From assembly GCA_937864065.1 (NCBI GenBank), contig CALMIC010000236.1, forward strand, positions 1 through 56,428: 56,428 nucleotides of DNA, read 5' to 3'. This DNA is from an uncultured Cellvibrionales bacterium. Lineage in GTDB: Bacteria; Pseudomonadota; Gammaproteobacteria; Pseudomonadales; UBA7239. Of the stretch, positions 1 through 13,245 are shown in pieces (within the stretch, counting starts at the first letter, position 1; every line of letters begins with the position of its first letter). The translations under genes were made by a program, and so were the position numbers. The notes under the pieces were generated by a model that saw only the letters and a list, made by a program, of their open reading frames with translations, searched no databases and was not told where the DNA came from.

Positions 1-3642
<3,642 letters not shown>

Positions 3643-3663
3643 AGATGACTGCGGATGTCGGGT

Positions 3664-3691
3664 ATTCTAGCAGCCAGCCAATCTATATCAA
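3664..3691 (-). promoter_or_regulatory. Sigma70-like promoter candidate for metH: -35 TTGATA (3686-3691), 16-nt spacer, -10 TAGAAT (3664-3669)
   Basis: The hexamers were read on the minus strand about 22 nt upstream of the metH ATG. The -35 lies inside the left arm of the palindrome. Confidence 0.35.
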
Positions 3692-3711
3692 AGTTTTTTG
3701 ATATAGATTGG
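3678..3711. promoter_or_regulatory. Perfect inverted repeat CCAATCTATATC-N10-GATATAGATTGG; candidate operator in the divergent metH/nadA spacer
   Basis: Arms at 3678-3689 and 3700-3711 are exact reverse complements, with a 10-nt A/T-rich spacer AAAGTTTTTT. This is the only strongly AT-rich patch I noticed in the window. Confidence 0.5.
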
Positions 3712-3786
3712 TGGCCGGTCGGGTCCCAGACCCCCTGTGGTAACATTTTTCTGCCTGTTTCCCGCCCTGGAACCCCCGTGAATCCG

Positions 3787-4848
3787 ATGCTCCCAGCCGA
3801 AATCGCCGCCTCTGTCGAACGTGAGGTGGTGCGCGCCTACCTCGACCATACGCCCGTGCCGGACATGACACCGGAGCAGGTGGCGGCGAGCCGGCGCAAC
3901 ATCCTGCGGCTCCTGCACGAGCGCGATGCGGTGCTGGTGGCCCACTACTACACCGCGCCGGTCGTGCAGGCGCTGGCCGAGGAGAGTGGTGGCTGTGTGG
4001 CCGACTCGCTGGAAATGGCCCGCTTCGGCCGCGACCACGGTGCGAAGACCCTCATCGTCGCCGGGGTGCGCTTCATGGGCGAAACCGCGAAGATCCTGAC
4101 GCCGCACAAGACCGTGCTGATGCCGACGCTGGAAGCCACCTGTTCGCTGGATCTCGGCTGCCCGGCCGACGCGTTCACCGCATTCTGCGACGCGCACCCG
4201 GAGCGCACTGTGGTGGTCTACGCCAATACCTCGGCGGCCGTGAAAGCGCGGGCAGACTGGGTTGTCACCTCGAGCTGTGCGGTTGACATCATCGAGCACC
4301 TCGACGCACAGGGCGAAACGATCATCTGGGCGCCGGACAAACACCTCGGCGATTATGTGCAGAAGAAAACCGGCGCTGACATGCTGTTGTGGAACGGCAG
4401 CTGCATCGTGCATGAGGAGTTCAAGGCGCGTGGCCTGCTGGACCTGAAAGCTGTCTACCCGGAGGCGGCGGTGCTGGTGCATCCCGAGTCGCCGGCGTCG
4501 GTCATCGAACTGGCCGATGTGGTCGGCTCCACCTCGCAGCTGATCAACGCGGTCAAAACGATGCCGCGTAAACAGTTCATCGTTGCCACCGACCAGGGCA
4601 TCTTCTACAAGATGCAGCAGGCGGCAGGCCCGGACAAGGAGCTGATCATCGCGCCGACCGCCGGCGGCGGTGCCACCTGCCGCAGTTGCGCGAATTGCCC
4701 CTGGATGGCGATGAATGACCTGCAGGCACTCGAAGCCGTGTTGCGCAACCCCGGCTCGCAGCACGAAATCCACGTCGATCCCGCACTCGGCCAGCGCGCC
4801 ATGAAGCCGCTGCAGCGGATGCTGGATTTCACGGCGGCGCGGCGCTGA
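3787..4848 (+). CDS. nadA: Quinolinate synthase NadA
   Basis: Lies in ORF 3655-4848. ...[31 protein letters not shown]...[10 protein letters not shown]...[13 protein letters not shown] matches NadA. The internal ATG at 3787 gives an E. coli-like N-terminal length, whereas the 3655 start would run through the promoter and palindrome. Confidence 0.92.
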   Translation: MLPAEIAASVEREVVRAYLDHTPVPDMTPEQVAASRRNILRLLHERDAVLVAHYYTAPVVQALAEESGGCVADSLEMARFGRDHGAKTLIVAGVRFMGETAKILTPHKTVLMPTLEATCSLDLGCPADAFTAFCDAHPERTVVVYANTSAAVKARADWVVTSSCAVDIIEHLDAQGETIIWAPDKHLGDYVQKKTGADMLLWNGSCIVHEEFKARGLLDLKAVYPEAAVLVHPESPASVIELADVVGSTSQLINAVKTMPRKQFIVATDQGIFYKMQQAAGPDKELIIAPTAGGGATCRSCANCPWMAMNDLQALEAVLRNPGSQHEIHVDPALGQRAMKPLQRMLDFTAARR

Positions 4849-4863
4849 GTGGCGCTGTAGCCG

Positions 4864-6330
4864 TCAGATCTCCAGCGTCTGGCTCTCCATTTCCGTCAGT
4901 TCGCGCAGGCGCTGGTGGATGCGGGCACTCTGCGGGCCATCATTCTGGTAGAACTGCAGCGCATAGGTCAGCTGCTGCCGCGCCTTGTCGAAGACGCCGG
5001 TCAGGATGAAGTATTCCGCCCGCGCCGTGTGTACGCCGCCGGTGTCGCCGGCCAGGCCGCGCAGCTCGGCGAGGTCATACCACACCAGCGGCTGGCTGCG
5101 GTGTGTGTCCAGCAGGCTTTCCAGCTGCTGGATCGCTTTCCGGTACTCACCCATGTTCTCGAGGATGCGTGCGGCCATGGTGGTCGCCGGGTAATTGCCG
5201 GGCTGGCGTTGTTGCGCCGCCTGCACCAGTGCCAGGGCCTTGGCGTGTTGTTGCTGCCCTTGCAGGATTTCCGCCTGTGCCAGCACATAGGCGAGTCGCT
5301 GCGGTTCGCGCTGGTAGACCGGTTGCAGGGTCTTGGCAGCAGCATCGAACTGGCGCTGCGCCAGCTGCGCGAGGGCAAGACCGTAGGTGCTGGCATCCGG
5401 ATGGCGGCTGTCGCCCTGCAGTTCGCTCTGGAATGCACGGGCGGCGACCGAAGGGTTCTCCGCGTTGGCGAGCCGTGCCCGTGCACGCATCAGTTCGAAA
5501 TCGGCGCTGCTGCTGTACTGGCGCAGCGGGTACTGTTCGGCGCGATTGCGCGAGTCGGCGATCCGTTTTTCGGTGACGGGGTGCGTGAGCAGGAATTCGG
5601 GCGGTCGGTCGCCCATGTAACGCGCTGAACGCTGCATGCTTTCAAACATGGCCGGTACGGCGCGCGGGTCCATGCCGGCATTCACCATGGTCTGCATGCC
5701 GACGCGGTCGGCCTCGGCCTCGTTCTCGCGGCTGAAGCGCAGCTGCGATTCGAGGTTGGCGGCCTGGGTGGCCATGATGGTCGCGAGCCCCGCATCGGAG
5801 CCGGTGGTTGCCATCAGCGCCAGGCCGGCCAGCAGGCCGGCCATGGTGGGGATCTGGGCCTGTTTCTGTTTCTCCACGCTGCGCACCCAGTGCCGTTGCG
5901 ACAGGTGCGCGAGTTCGTGTGCCAGCACGCCCGCCAGCTCCTGTTCACTGCCGGCGTAGAGGAAGATGCCGTTGTGCACGCCCACCACGCCGCCAGGTAC
6001 GGCAAACGCGTTCAGCGTCGGGTTGTTGACCAGCACGAGATCGAGCCGCTTGTCCTGCAGTTCCGATTCATCAGCGAGCCGCTGCAGCAGCTGTTGCAGG
6101 TAGTCGTACATCAGTTCATCGCGCGCCTCTGGCACCTTGGCGCGGAACAGCCGCAACCAGGTCTGGCCCAACTCATGTTCGTCGGCACGGGAGGCGATGG
6201 TCGAGGTGCTGTCGCCGAGTTCCGGCAACAGCAGGCCGCCATCCTGCTGTGCGCTGGCTGGCACAGTGCTGGCTGACAGGAGCAGGGTAAGCAGGGCGGG
6301 CAGGATCTGTGTACGGCAGCGCAGGGTCAT
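4864..6330 (-). CDS. bepA: Periplasmic M48 metalloprotease with TPR domain (BepA/YfgC-like)
   Basis: 488 aa with a signal peptide (MTLRCRTQILPALLTLLLSASTVPASA), the HExxH motif HELAHLSQRH and a TPR-like C-terminal half. Size matches E. coli BepA. Confidence 0.85.
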   Translation of the reverse strand: MTLRCRTQILPALLTLLLSASTVPASAQQDGGLLLPELGDSTSTIASRADEHELGQTWLRLFRAKVPEARDELMYDYLQQLLQRLADESELQDKRLDLVLVNNPTLNAFAVPGGVVGVHNGIFLYAGSEQELAGVLAHELAHLSQRHWVRSVEKQKQAQIPTMAGLLAGLALMATTGSDAGLATIMATQAANLESQLRFSRENEAEADRVGMQTMVNAGMDPRAVPAMFESMQRSARYMGDRPPEFLLTHPVTEKRIADSRNRAEQYPLRQYSSSADFELMRARARLANAENPSVAARAFQSELQGDSRHPDASTYGLALAQLAQRQFDAAAKTLQPVYQREPQRLAYVLAQAEILQGQQQHAKALALVQAAQQRQPGNYPATTMAARILENMGEYRKAIQQLESLLDTHRSQPLVWYDLAELRGLAGDTGGVHTARAEYFILTGVFDKARQQLTYALQFYQNDGPQSARIHQRLRELTEMESQTLEI

Positions 6331-6394
6331 GGCATGGGTCGCCGGTGGGCATGGAAGGGCTGGGATATACTAGCATTCCGTTTCCGGTGCCTTT

Positions 6395-6652
6395 ATGACT
6401 GACCATTCCCCCGCCAGTTCCGCTGTCCCTGCCGAGCGCCTTGATGTGCGCGGCCTGGCCTGTCCACTGCCGCTGCTGAAGGCCCGCAAGGCCCTGCGCG
6501 AGGTGGCCGTGGGTGAGGTGCTGGAAGTGCTGGCAACCGACCCCGGTTCCTGGCGCGATTTTGCCGCTTTCGCGGAACAAAGCGGGCACAGCCTGCTCGA
6601 AGCAGCCGAGGCACAGGGCGAATACCGCTACCTGCTGCTGCGCAACCACTGA
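6395..6652 (+). CDS. TusA/SirA-family sulfur carrier protein
   Basis: 85 aa. LDVRGLACPLPLLKARKAL contains the CPxP active-site motif typical of TusA-like proteins. Confidence 0.8.
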   Translation: MTDHSPASSAVPAERLDVRGLACPLPLLKARKALREVAVGEVLEVLATDPGSWRDFAAFAEQSGHSLLEAAEAQGEYRYLLLRNH

Positions 6653-6666
6653 TCATTGATGACAGG

Positions 6667-9588
6667 ATGACCATGAGCCTATCCCTGCGAGCTGTGCTGG
6701 CAGCCGTCTGCCTTGCCCTTGTTGTTGTGCCCTTGCAGGCCGCGCCGCCAGCCAGCCGGGCAACAGCCGTGCTGGATAGCCCGGCCAAGGGCGAAACCGA
6801 CCAGCGCGCCTACCGCAACCTGCAACTGGCCAACGGCATGAAAGTGTTGCTGGTGTCCGATCCGAAGGCCGACAAGGCATCGGCCGCGCTCGATGTGGCC
6901 GTCGGCAGCAGCAGCGACCCGCGCCACCGCCAGGGCCTGGCGCATTTCCTCGAGCACATGCTGTTCCTCGGCACGGCCAAGTACCCGAAGCCGGATGAAT
7001 ACCAGTCGTTCATCAGTGCGCACGGCGGCAGCCACAATGCCTTCACCAGCCTTGAGCACACCAACTATTTTTTCGATATCGACCCGCAGCACCTGGCACC
7101 CGCGCTGGACCGGTTCGCCCAGTTCTTCATCGCGCCGTTGTTCAACGGGCAGTATGTCGAACGCGAGAAGAACGCCGTCCATTCCGAGTACCAGGCGCGT
7201 ATCCGCGATGACGAGCGGAGGTTGTGGGATGTTTTCCGCGAGCTGTTCCACAGCGGCAACCCGGCGGCGACCTTTTCGGTGGGCAACCTGACCACCTTGT
7301 CTGACAGTGACAACAGCAAGGTGCGCGATGACCTGGTGAACTTCTACGAGCGCCACTATTCCGCCAACACGATGACACTGGTGGTGCTGGGCCGTGAGCC
7401 GTTGCCCGAACTGCAGGCGCTGGTGGAGCCGCTGTTCAGCGCCGTGCCGGATCGCCAGTTGCAGCTCGACAACAGTGCCCGGCCGATCTTCCGCGATGGC
7501 CTGCTGCCGGCGCGCCTGTCGATGCAGTCAAACCGCGACGAGCGCCACCTGCAACTGGTGTTCCCGCTGCCGTCGATGCAGCCGCACTACCGCACCAAGC
7601 CGGATGCCTATCTCGCCTACCTGCTCGGACATGAAGGCGAGGGCAGCCTGTTCCACCTGCTGAAGGAGCGCGGCTGGGCCGAAACACTGTCCGCCGGCAC
7701 CGGGCTGTCCAACAGTTTCGGTGCGACATTCAATGTCGATATCACGCTGACAGCCGAAGGCTATAACCATGTCGATGAAGTGGCGACGCTGTTCTTCCAG
7801 GCCGTGGCGATGCTGAAGGACCAGGGTGTGGCGGCCTGGCAGTACGAGGAACAGAAAATCCTCAGCGAACTCGCGTTCCGCTTCCAGGAACAGCAGGATC
7901 CGATGGAATACACCAGCCAGCTGGCCAACGACCTGCAGCATTACCCGCCGGCAGACGCGATCCGCGGCGATTACCTGATGGAACAACTCGATGAAAAACT
8001 GGTGCGCGACTTGCTCGACCGCTTGTCACCGGCCAATGTGCTGGCGGTGGTCAGCGCGCCGGATATCCGTGGCGACAGGACCTCGCAGTTCTACAACACG
8101 TCGTATCGCGTCGAGCCGGTGACAGCCGACACGCTGGCGCTATGGCAGCGCGCGGAGCTGTTCTCCGGCATCCACATGCCGGAACGCAATCCGTTCATCC
8201 CCGACAAGCTCAAGCTGAAGCCGTCGCCGTTGCTGGTGGCCGGCAGCCGCACGGCGCAAGTGCCGCAGAAAATCAGTGCCAACCCGAACTACAACCTCTG
8301 GTTCCTGCAGGACACGCAATTCCAGGTGCCGAAGGGCAGCATCATGGTCTATGCGCGCAGCCGGCATGCTTCGGCCACGGTGCGCGAAGCGGCGATGTCG
8401 GAATTGTTTGTGCGCCTGCTCAATGATCACCTGAACTCGCTGCTGTACACGGCGAGATTGGCCGGCCTCGACTTTGTCATCAGCAAGCGTTCGCGTGGCA
8501 TTGCCTTCCAGTTGACCGGCTACAGTGACAAGCAGGGCCTGCTGCTGAAGTCGGTGATGGATACCTTCCGCAACCCGGTGTTCGACGAGGCGCGTTTCCG
8601 TCTGGTCAAACAGCAGTGGCAGGACGAGTTGCGCAACATCGGCCAGTACCCGCCGTACCAGGTGCTGATGCAGGATGTGCCGGTGGTGCTGGCGCACGGC
8701 TATTGGGGGCGCGATGCCTACCTGCAGGTGCTGGATACGGTGACGCTGAAACAGGTGCAGGATTATGTGCTGGAGTTTTCCGGGGCTATCGTGGCGGATG
8801 TGCTTGTCTACGGCAATTTCTACCAGGCCGAAGCCGTGAAGCTCGGCAAGATCGTCGAGAACACGCTGGAACTCGACGCGCCGCGCCAGGCGGATATCCC
8901 GGCGCGCATTGTCGAATTGCCGCCGGTGCCGGATCCGTTCCTGTTCATCGACCCGCTGCAACATGACGATGCAGCTGTCGTGAAATATTTCCAGGCGGCG
9001 GATGATTCGGTGCAACAGCAGGTGCGCATGGCAATGCTGGCCCAGGTACTGAAAGCGCCGTTTTTCCACGCGTTGCGCACCGAGCAGCAGCTCGGTTACA
9101 TCGTCTCGGCCGGTTACCTGCCACTGGCGCGCGTGCCGGGGCTGATGTTCCTCGTGCAATCGCCGACGCACGGCATCGGCCAGATCCACCAGCGTGCCGA
9201 CATGTTCATCAACGAGCATTTCCGCTTCATCAGTTCGCAGGATGAGCAGTGGTTCGCGCAACAGCGCCAGGCCCTGTTGACGCAGTTGCAGGAGAAGCCG
9301 AAAAACCTGTCTGACCAGTCAGTTGAATTCTGGAACGACATGACGCTGGACTACACGGGCTTCGACCACCGGGAACAGCAGGTCGCCGCACTGCAGGCGA
9401 TGACGCGGCAGGACCTGCTCGACACCTACCGTAAGACCCTGCTGGACAAGAACCGCCGCCAGTTGCTGCTGGTGAACCCCGGCAAGGCCGGCATGAAAGA
9501 CCTGCTCGACGGCTCCGCCCGGCAGTACATCCTCGTCGACGACACGGACAAGCTGAAGGCGCAGATGTCGAGCCATTCCCTCCTGTAA
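6667..9588 (+). CDS. Secreted M16 (insulinase/pitrilysin-like) zinc peptidase
   Basis: 973 aa with a signal peptide. The inverted zinc motif HxxEH is present in GLAHFLEHMLFLGT. Length and architecture resemble protease III. Confidence 0.85.
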   Translation: MTMSLSLRAVLAAVCLALVVVPLQAAPPASRATAVLDSPAKGETDQRAYRNLQLANGMKVLLVSDPKADKASAALDVAVGSSSDPRHRQGLAHFLEHMLFLGTAKYPKPDEYQSFISAHGGSHNAFTSLEHTNYFFDIDPQHLAPALDRFAQFFIAPLFNGQYVEREKNAVHSEYQARIRDDERRLWDVFRELFHSGNPAATFSVGNLTTLSDSDNSKVRDDLVNFYERHYSANTMTLVVLGREPLPELQALVEPLFSAVPDRQLQLDNSARPIFRDGLLPARLSMQSNRDERHLQLVFPLPSMQPHYRTKPDAYLAYLLGHEGEGSLFHLLKERGWAETLSAGTGLSNSFGATFNVDITLTAEGYNHVDEVATLFFQAVAMLKDQGVAAWQYEEQKILSELAFRFQEQQDPMEYTSQLANDLQHYPPADAIRGDYLMEQLDEKLVRDLLDRLSPANVLAVVSAPDIRGDRTSQFYNTSYRVEPVTADTLALWQRAELFSGIHMPERNPFIPDKLKLKPSPLLVAGSRTAQVPQKISANPNYNLWFLQDTQFQVPKGSIMVYARSRHASATVREAAMSELFVRLLNDHLNSLLYTARLAGLDFVISKRSRGIAFQLTGYSDKQGLLLKSVMDTFRNPVFDEARFRLVKQQWQDELRNIGQYPPYQVLMQDVPVVLAHGYWGRDAYLQVLDTVTLKQVQDYVLEFSGAIVADVLVYGNFYQAEAVKLGKIVENTLELDAPRQADIPARIVELPPVPDPFLFIDPLQHDDAAVVKYFQAADDSVQQQVRMAMLAQVLKAPFFHALRTEQQLGYIVSAGYLPLARVPGLMFLVQSPTHGIGQIHQRADMFINEHFRFISSQDEQWFAQQRQALLTQLQEKPKNLSDQSVEFWNDMTLDYTGFDHREQQVAALQAMTRQDLLDTYRKTLLDKNRRQLLLVNPGKAGMKDLLDGSARQYILVDDTDKLKAQMSSHSLL

Positions 9589-9612
9589 GCTCGTCTGTCA
9601 GCGGCTACGCCA

Positions 9613-10080
9613 TCACGGTGTCGCCTGGCGGAAATCCCACTGCCGCCACGCTTCATAGGCGACGATGGCACAGGCATTCGACAGGTTCAGGCTGCGGCTG
9701 TCCGGCTGCATCGGCAGGCGCAGCACATGGCCTGTGGGCAGCGCGTCGCGGAAAGCCTGCGGCAGCCCGCGCGATTCCGGCCCGAACACCACCGCATCAC
9801 CGGCCGCATACGCGACATCGGCGTAGCTGCGCGTGCCCTTGGTGCTGAGGGCGAAGATGCGCCCGGGCTGCACGCTGTCGACAAAGGCCTGCCAGTCGCG
9901 ATGCACGGTGGTGGTGGCCTGGTCGCGGTAGTCGAGGCCAGCGCGCCGCAACTGTTTCTCTTCCAGCGTGAAGCCCAGTGGTTCGATCAGGTGCAAGGCA
10001 AATCCGGTGTTGGCACACAGGCGCATGATGTTGCCGGTGTTCGGCGGGATCTCGGGTTCATAGAGGACGATGTGCAGCAT
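9613..10080 (-). CDS. trmL: tRNA (cytidine/uridine-2'-O)-methyltransferase TrmL (SpoU/YibK family)
   Basis: 155 aa. MLHIVLYEPEIPPNTGNIMRLCANTGFALHLIEPLGF is a close match to YibK/TrmL. Confidence 0.9.
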   Translation of the reverse strand: MLHIVLYEPEIPPNTGNIMRLCANTGFALHLIEPLGFTLEEKQLRRAGLDYRDQATTTVHRDWQAFVDSVQPGRIFALSTKGTRSYADVAYAAGDAVVFGPESRGLPQAFRDALPTGHVLRLPMQPDSRSLNLSNACAIVAYEAWRQWDFRQATP

Positions 10081-10191
10081 CAGCTATTTGTCGTGTTTTG
10101 CCGGTGAGCGGGTGGCTGGCTAGGGGTTTTCCGCGACGCGGGGCGGGCCGGAATCGCTATCATGCCTGCAAACAACCATCGAGAGAACGCC

Positions 10192-12369
10192 ATGAAAGCC
10201 ATTCGCCTGATGACGCTGGGTTTCGCCGCCGTGCTGCACTGTGCTGCTGTGCTGGCGGCATCCACACCGGAACAGCGCCGTGCCGATGCTGCCCTCGACC
10301 ATGCACGGCTGGTGGCCGCCGGCAGCGAACAGGGCAACTGGCTCGCGCACGGCCGCACCTACGACGAGAAGCGCTTCAGCCCGCTGACGCAAGTCAACGA
10401 CGGCAACGTGCAGCAACTCGGCCTCGCCTGGCACTTCAATACCAACCACAGCCGTGGCCTGGAAGCGACGCCCATAGTCATCAATGGTGTCATGTACTCC
10501 ACCGGCAACTGGAGCGTGGTTTATGCCAACGATGCGAAAACCGGCGAGCTGCTGTGGCAGTTCGATCCGCAGGTGGACAAGTCCTGGGCCGTGCATGCCT
10601 GCTGCGACGTGGTGAACCGAGGCGTGGCGGTGTGGAATGGCAAGGTCTATGTCGGCACGCTGGATGGCCGCCTCGTCGCCATTGATGCCGGCACTGGCGA
10701 GAAAGTGTGGGAAACGCTGACTATCGACAAGCAGTGGCCCTACACCATCACCGGTGCGCCGCGCATTGTGAAAGGCAAGGTCATCATCGGCAATGGCGGT
10801 TCGGAATACGGCGTGCGCGGTTATATCACCGCTTACGATGCGGAAACCGGCCAGCAGGCTTGGCGTTTCTGGACCGTGCCGGGCAACCCGGCCGACGGTT
10901 TTGAAAATGAATTGATGCAAAAAATCGCCGAGACCTGGAGCGGCGAGTGGTGGAAGCTCGGCGGTGGCGGCACGGTGTGGGATTCCATGGCCTATGATCC
11001 CGAACTCGACCTGTTCTACATCGGTGTCGGCAATGCCGGCCCGTGGAACCGCTACCTGCGCAACCCGGAAGGCAAGGACAACCTGTTCACTGCGTCCATC
11101 GTCGCGCTGCGGCCGGATACCGGTGAATACGTGTGGCACTACCAGGAAACACCGAATGACGGCTGGGATTACACCTCGACGCAGCACATCATCCTCGCCG
11201 ACATCGAGTGGCAGGGCCAGCCGCGCAAGGTACTGCTGCACGCGCCAAAGAACGGCTTCTTCTTTGTCGTGGATCGCACCAATGGCCAGTTCCTCTCGGC
11301 CGTGCCGTACTACCCGAAAACCAACTGGGCACTCGGTTATGACGAGAACGGCCGCCCGATCGAGAACAAGGAACTGGATTACAAGGACAAGCCGGCGCTG
11401 ATCCATCCGTCGCCCATGGGTGCGCACAACTGGCACCCGATGTCCTATTCCGAGCAGACACGGCTGGTCTATATCCCGATGATCGACAGCCTGTTCCAGT
11501 ATGAGCAGGACAAGCAGTTCAAGGTGAACAAGGGGCTGTGGAATACCGGCATGAAACCGGCCAAGACACCGGATGTGGAGCAGTTGTTCAATGACATCAT
11601 CGCGCGCAAGGTCACCGGTGGGTCGTTGCTGGCCTGGGATCCGGTGCTGCAGAAGAAAATGTGGGAAGTGAAACACCCGCTGACCTGGAACGGCGGCGTA
11701 TTGTCCACGGCCGGCAACCTGGTGTTCCAGGGTACGGCAGACGGTCGTCTCGTGGCCTACAAGTCTGACAGCGGTGAGAAGGTCTGGGAGTTCAAGACGC
11801 AGACCGGCGTTATCGCCCCGCCGATCACCTACACGGTGGATGGTGAGCAGTACATCGCCGTGCAGGCGGGTTGGGGCGGGGCCTTCGGCCTGGCCGGTGG
11901 CCTGCCGCCGCCGCCGGGCGAGCCGCGTAGCCGTATCCTCGCCTTCAAGCTCGGTGCCGACGTGCAGCTGCCGCCGTTGCCGGACAAACAGTTGTTTGAT
12001 CCGCCGCCGCGCATGGCCGTGAGTGACGACGTGCTGGCCCATGGCAAGACGCTGTACAGCCAGTTCTGCTTCGGCTGCCATGGTACCGATGCCGTCAGCG
12101 GTGGTGCGGTGCCCGACCTGCGCTGGATGGCGCCGGCCTTCCATGAAAACTTCAAGCCGATCGTGCTCGGCGGTGCGTTGAGTGGCCTTGGCATGGTCAG
12201 CTTTGCCGATGTGCTCAGCGAACAGGATGCCGATGCCATCCACGCCTACATCCTCGACCAGGCCAATGATGCGAAGGAAAAACGCGACAACCCGGATCCG
12301 CAGTGGTGGCATGACTTGAAAGTGAAGGTCTACAGCACCATTGGTGAACTGATGGCAGAACACCTGTAA
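10192..12369 (+). CDS. Quinohemoprotein (type II) PQQ-dependent alcohol dehydrogenase
   Basis: ORF 10162-12369. The ATG at 10192 follows GAGAGA and begins a signal peptide (MKAIRLMTLGFAAVLHCAAVLA). The vicinal Cys-Cys ring is present in HACCDVVNRG, beta-propeller W-motifs recur, and the C-terminus has the heme c motif CFGCHG. Confidence 0.9.
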   Translation: MKAIRLMTLGFAAVLHCAAVLAASTPEQRRADAALDHARLVAAGSEQGNWLAHGRTYDEKRFSPLTQVNDGNVQQLGLAWHFNTNHSRGLEATPIVINGVMYSTGNWSVVYANDAKTGELLWQFDPQVDKSWAVHACCDVVNRGVAVWNGKVYVGTLDGRLVAIDAGTGEKVWETLTIDKQWPYTITGAPRIVKGKVIIGNGGSEYGVRGYITAYDAETGQQAWRFWTVPGNPADGFENELMQKIAETWSGEWWKLGGGGTVWDSMAYDPELDLFYIGVGNAGPWNRYLRNPEGKDNLFTASIVALRPDTGEYVWHYQETPNDGWDYTSTQHIILADIEWQGQPRKVLLHAPKNGFFFVVDRTNGQFLSAVPYYPKTNWALGYDENGRPIENKELDYKDKPALIHPSPMGAHNWHPMSYSEQTRLVYIPMIDSLFQYEQDKQFKVNKGLWNTGMKPAKTPDVEQLFNDIIARKVTGGSLLAWDPVLQKKMWEVKHPLTWNGGVLSTAGNLVFQGTADGRLVAYKSDSGEKVWEFKTQTGVIAPPITYTVDGEQYIAVQAGWGGAFGLAGGLPPPPGEPRSRILAFKLGADVQLPPLPDKQLFDPPPRMAVSDDVLAHGKTLYSQFCFGCHGTDAVSGGAVPDLRWMAPAFHENFKPIVLGGALSGLGMVSFADVLSEQDADAIHAYILDQANDAKEKRDNPDPQWWHDLKVKVYSTIGELMAEHL

Positions 12370-12384
12370 CGGCGGAACAGACAG

Positions 12385-13245
12385 ATGCAACCGGACACAA
12401 TCGAATTCCGCACCTCGCGCGGTAACTTGCGGTTGGTCGCCGATGCCTATGGTGACCCGCAGGCACAGCCGGTACTGCTGGCGCACGGTGGTGGCCAGAC
12501 GCGCCATGCCTGGGGCAACACCGCGCGCGAGATCGCCGGTGAAGGGTTCTATGCGGTGGCACTCGACCTGCGTGGCCACGGAGAGAGCGACTGGGCACAG
12601 GACAAGGACTACCATTTCAGCACCTATGCCCAGGACGTCATCGACGTGGTGCAGGCGCTGGGGCGGCAGCCGATTGCCGTCGGCGCCTCGCTCGGCGGCA
12701 TCTCGTCACTGACGGCGCACAGCATGGCTGACCACGCCTTGCTGAAAGCCCTGGTGCTGGTCGATATCACACCCCACATGGAAGCCGAAGGCCTGCAGCG
12801 CATCCGCGATTTCATGATGCAACATGCCGCCAACGGTTTTGCCACGCTGGAGGAAGCGGCTGACTTCGTCGCCAGTTACACGCCGAACCGCAAGCGCAGC
12901 AGCAACCATGAAGGCCTGCGCAAGAACCTGCGCCTGTGTGACGACGGCCGCTACCGCTGGCACTGGGACCCGGATTTCCTAGACCGGCGCGACCGCCGCG
13001 AGCAAGACGGTGCGACGATCCGGGTGAATTTCCTTGAGGAGGCTGCGCGTGGCCTGCAAGTGCCGACCTTGCTGGTGCGCGGTCGCATCAGCGACCTGGT
13101 GAGCCCGGAGTCAGCGCAGGCATTCCTGCAGATGGTGCCGCATGCCGAGTATGTCGATATCCAGGATGCGGGTCACATGGTCGCCGGCGACCAGAACGAT
13201 ATCTTCTCGACTGCGGTACTGGATTTCCTGCGCAAGCTCAAATGA
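12385..13245 (+). CDS. Alpha/beta-fold hydrolase
   Basis: 286 aa with the oxyanion HG (LLAHGGGQ), nucleophile elbow GASLGG and a C-terminal DAGHMV histidine. Confidence 0.8.
   Translation: MQPDTIEFRTSRGNLRLVADAYGDPQAQPVLLAHGGGQTRHAWGNTAREIAGEGFYAVALDLRGHGESDWAQDKDYHFSTYAQDVIDVVQALGRQPIAVGASLGGISSLTAHSMADHALLKALVLVDITPHMEAEGLQRIRDFMMQHAANGFATLEEAADFVASYTPNRKRSSNHEGLRKNLRLCDDGRYRWHWDPDFLDRRDRREQDGATIRVNFLEEAARGLQVPTLLVRGRISDLVSPESAQAFLQMVPHAEYVDIQDAGHMVAGDQNDIFSTAVLDFLRKLK

Noticed and set aside
10120-12615. 831-aa minus-strand ORF, the longest in the track
   Set aside because: It is exactly antisense to the PQQ quinohemoprotein dehydrogenase, which has a signal peptide, CC ring, propeller repeats and a heme c motif. 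The antisense product has no motifs and an Arg/Gly/His-rich composition.
10192-13245. Idea that the ADH plus hydrolase pair is a polyvinyl-alcohol degradation (pvaA/oph-like) operon
   Set aside because: As I recall, PVA dehydrogenases carry the heme c domain N-terminally. This enzyme has the C-terminal heme c of ordinary type II quinohemoprotein alcohol dehydrogenases, and the hydrolase has no signal peptide. The specific assignment has no support.
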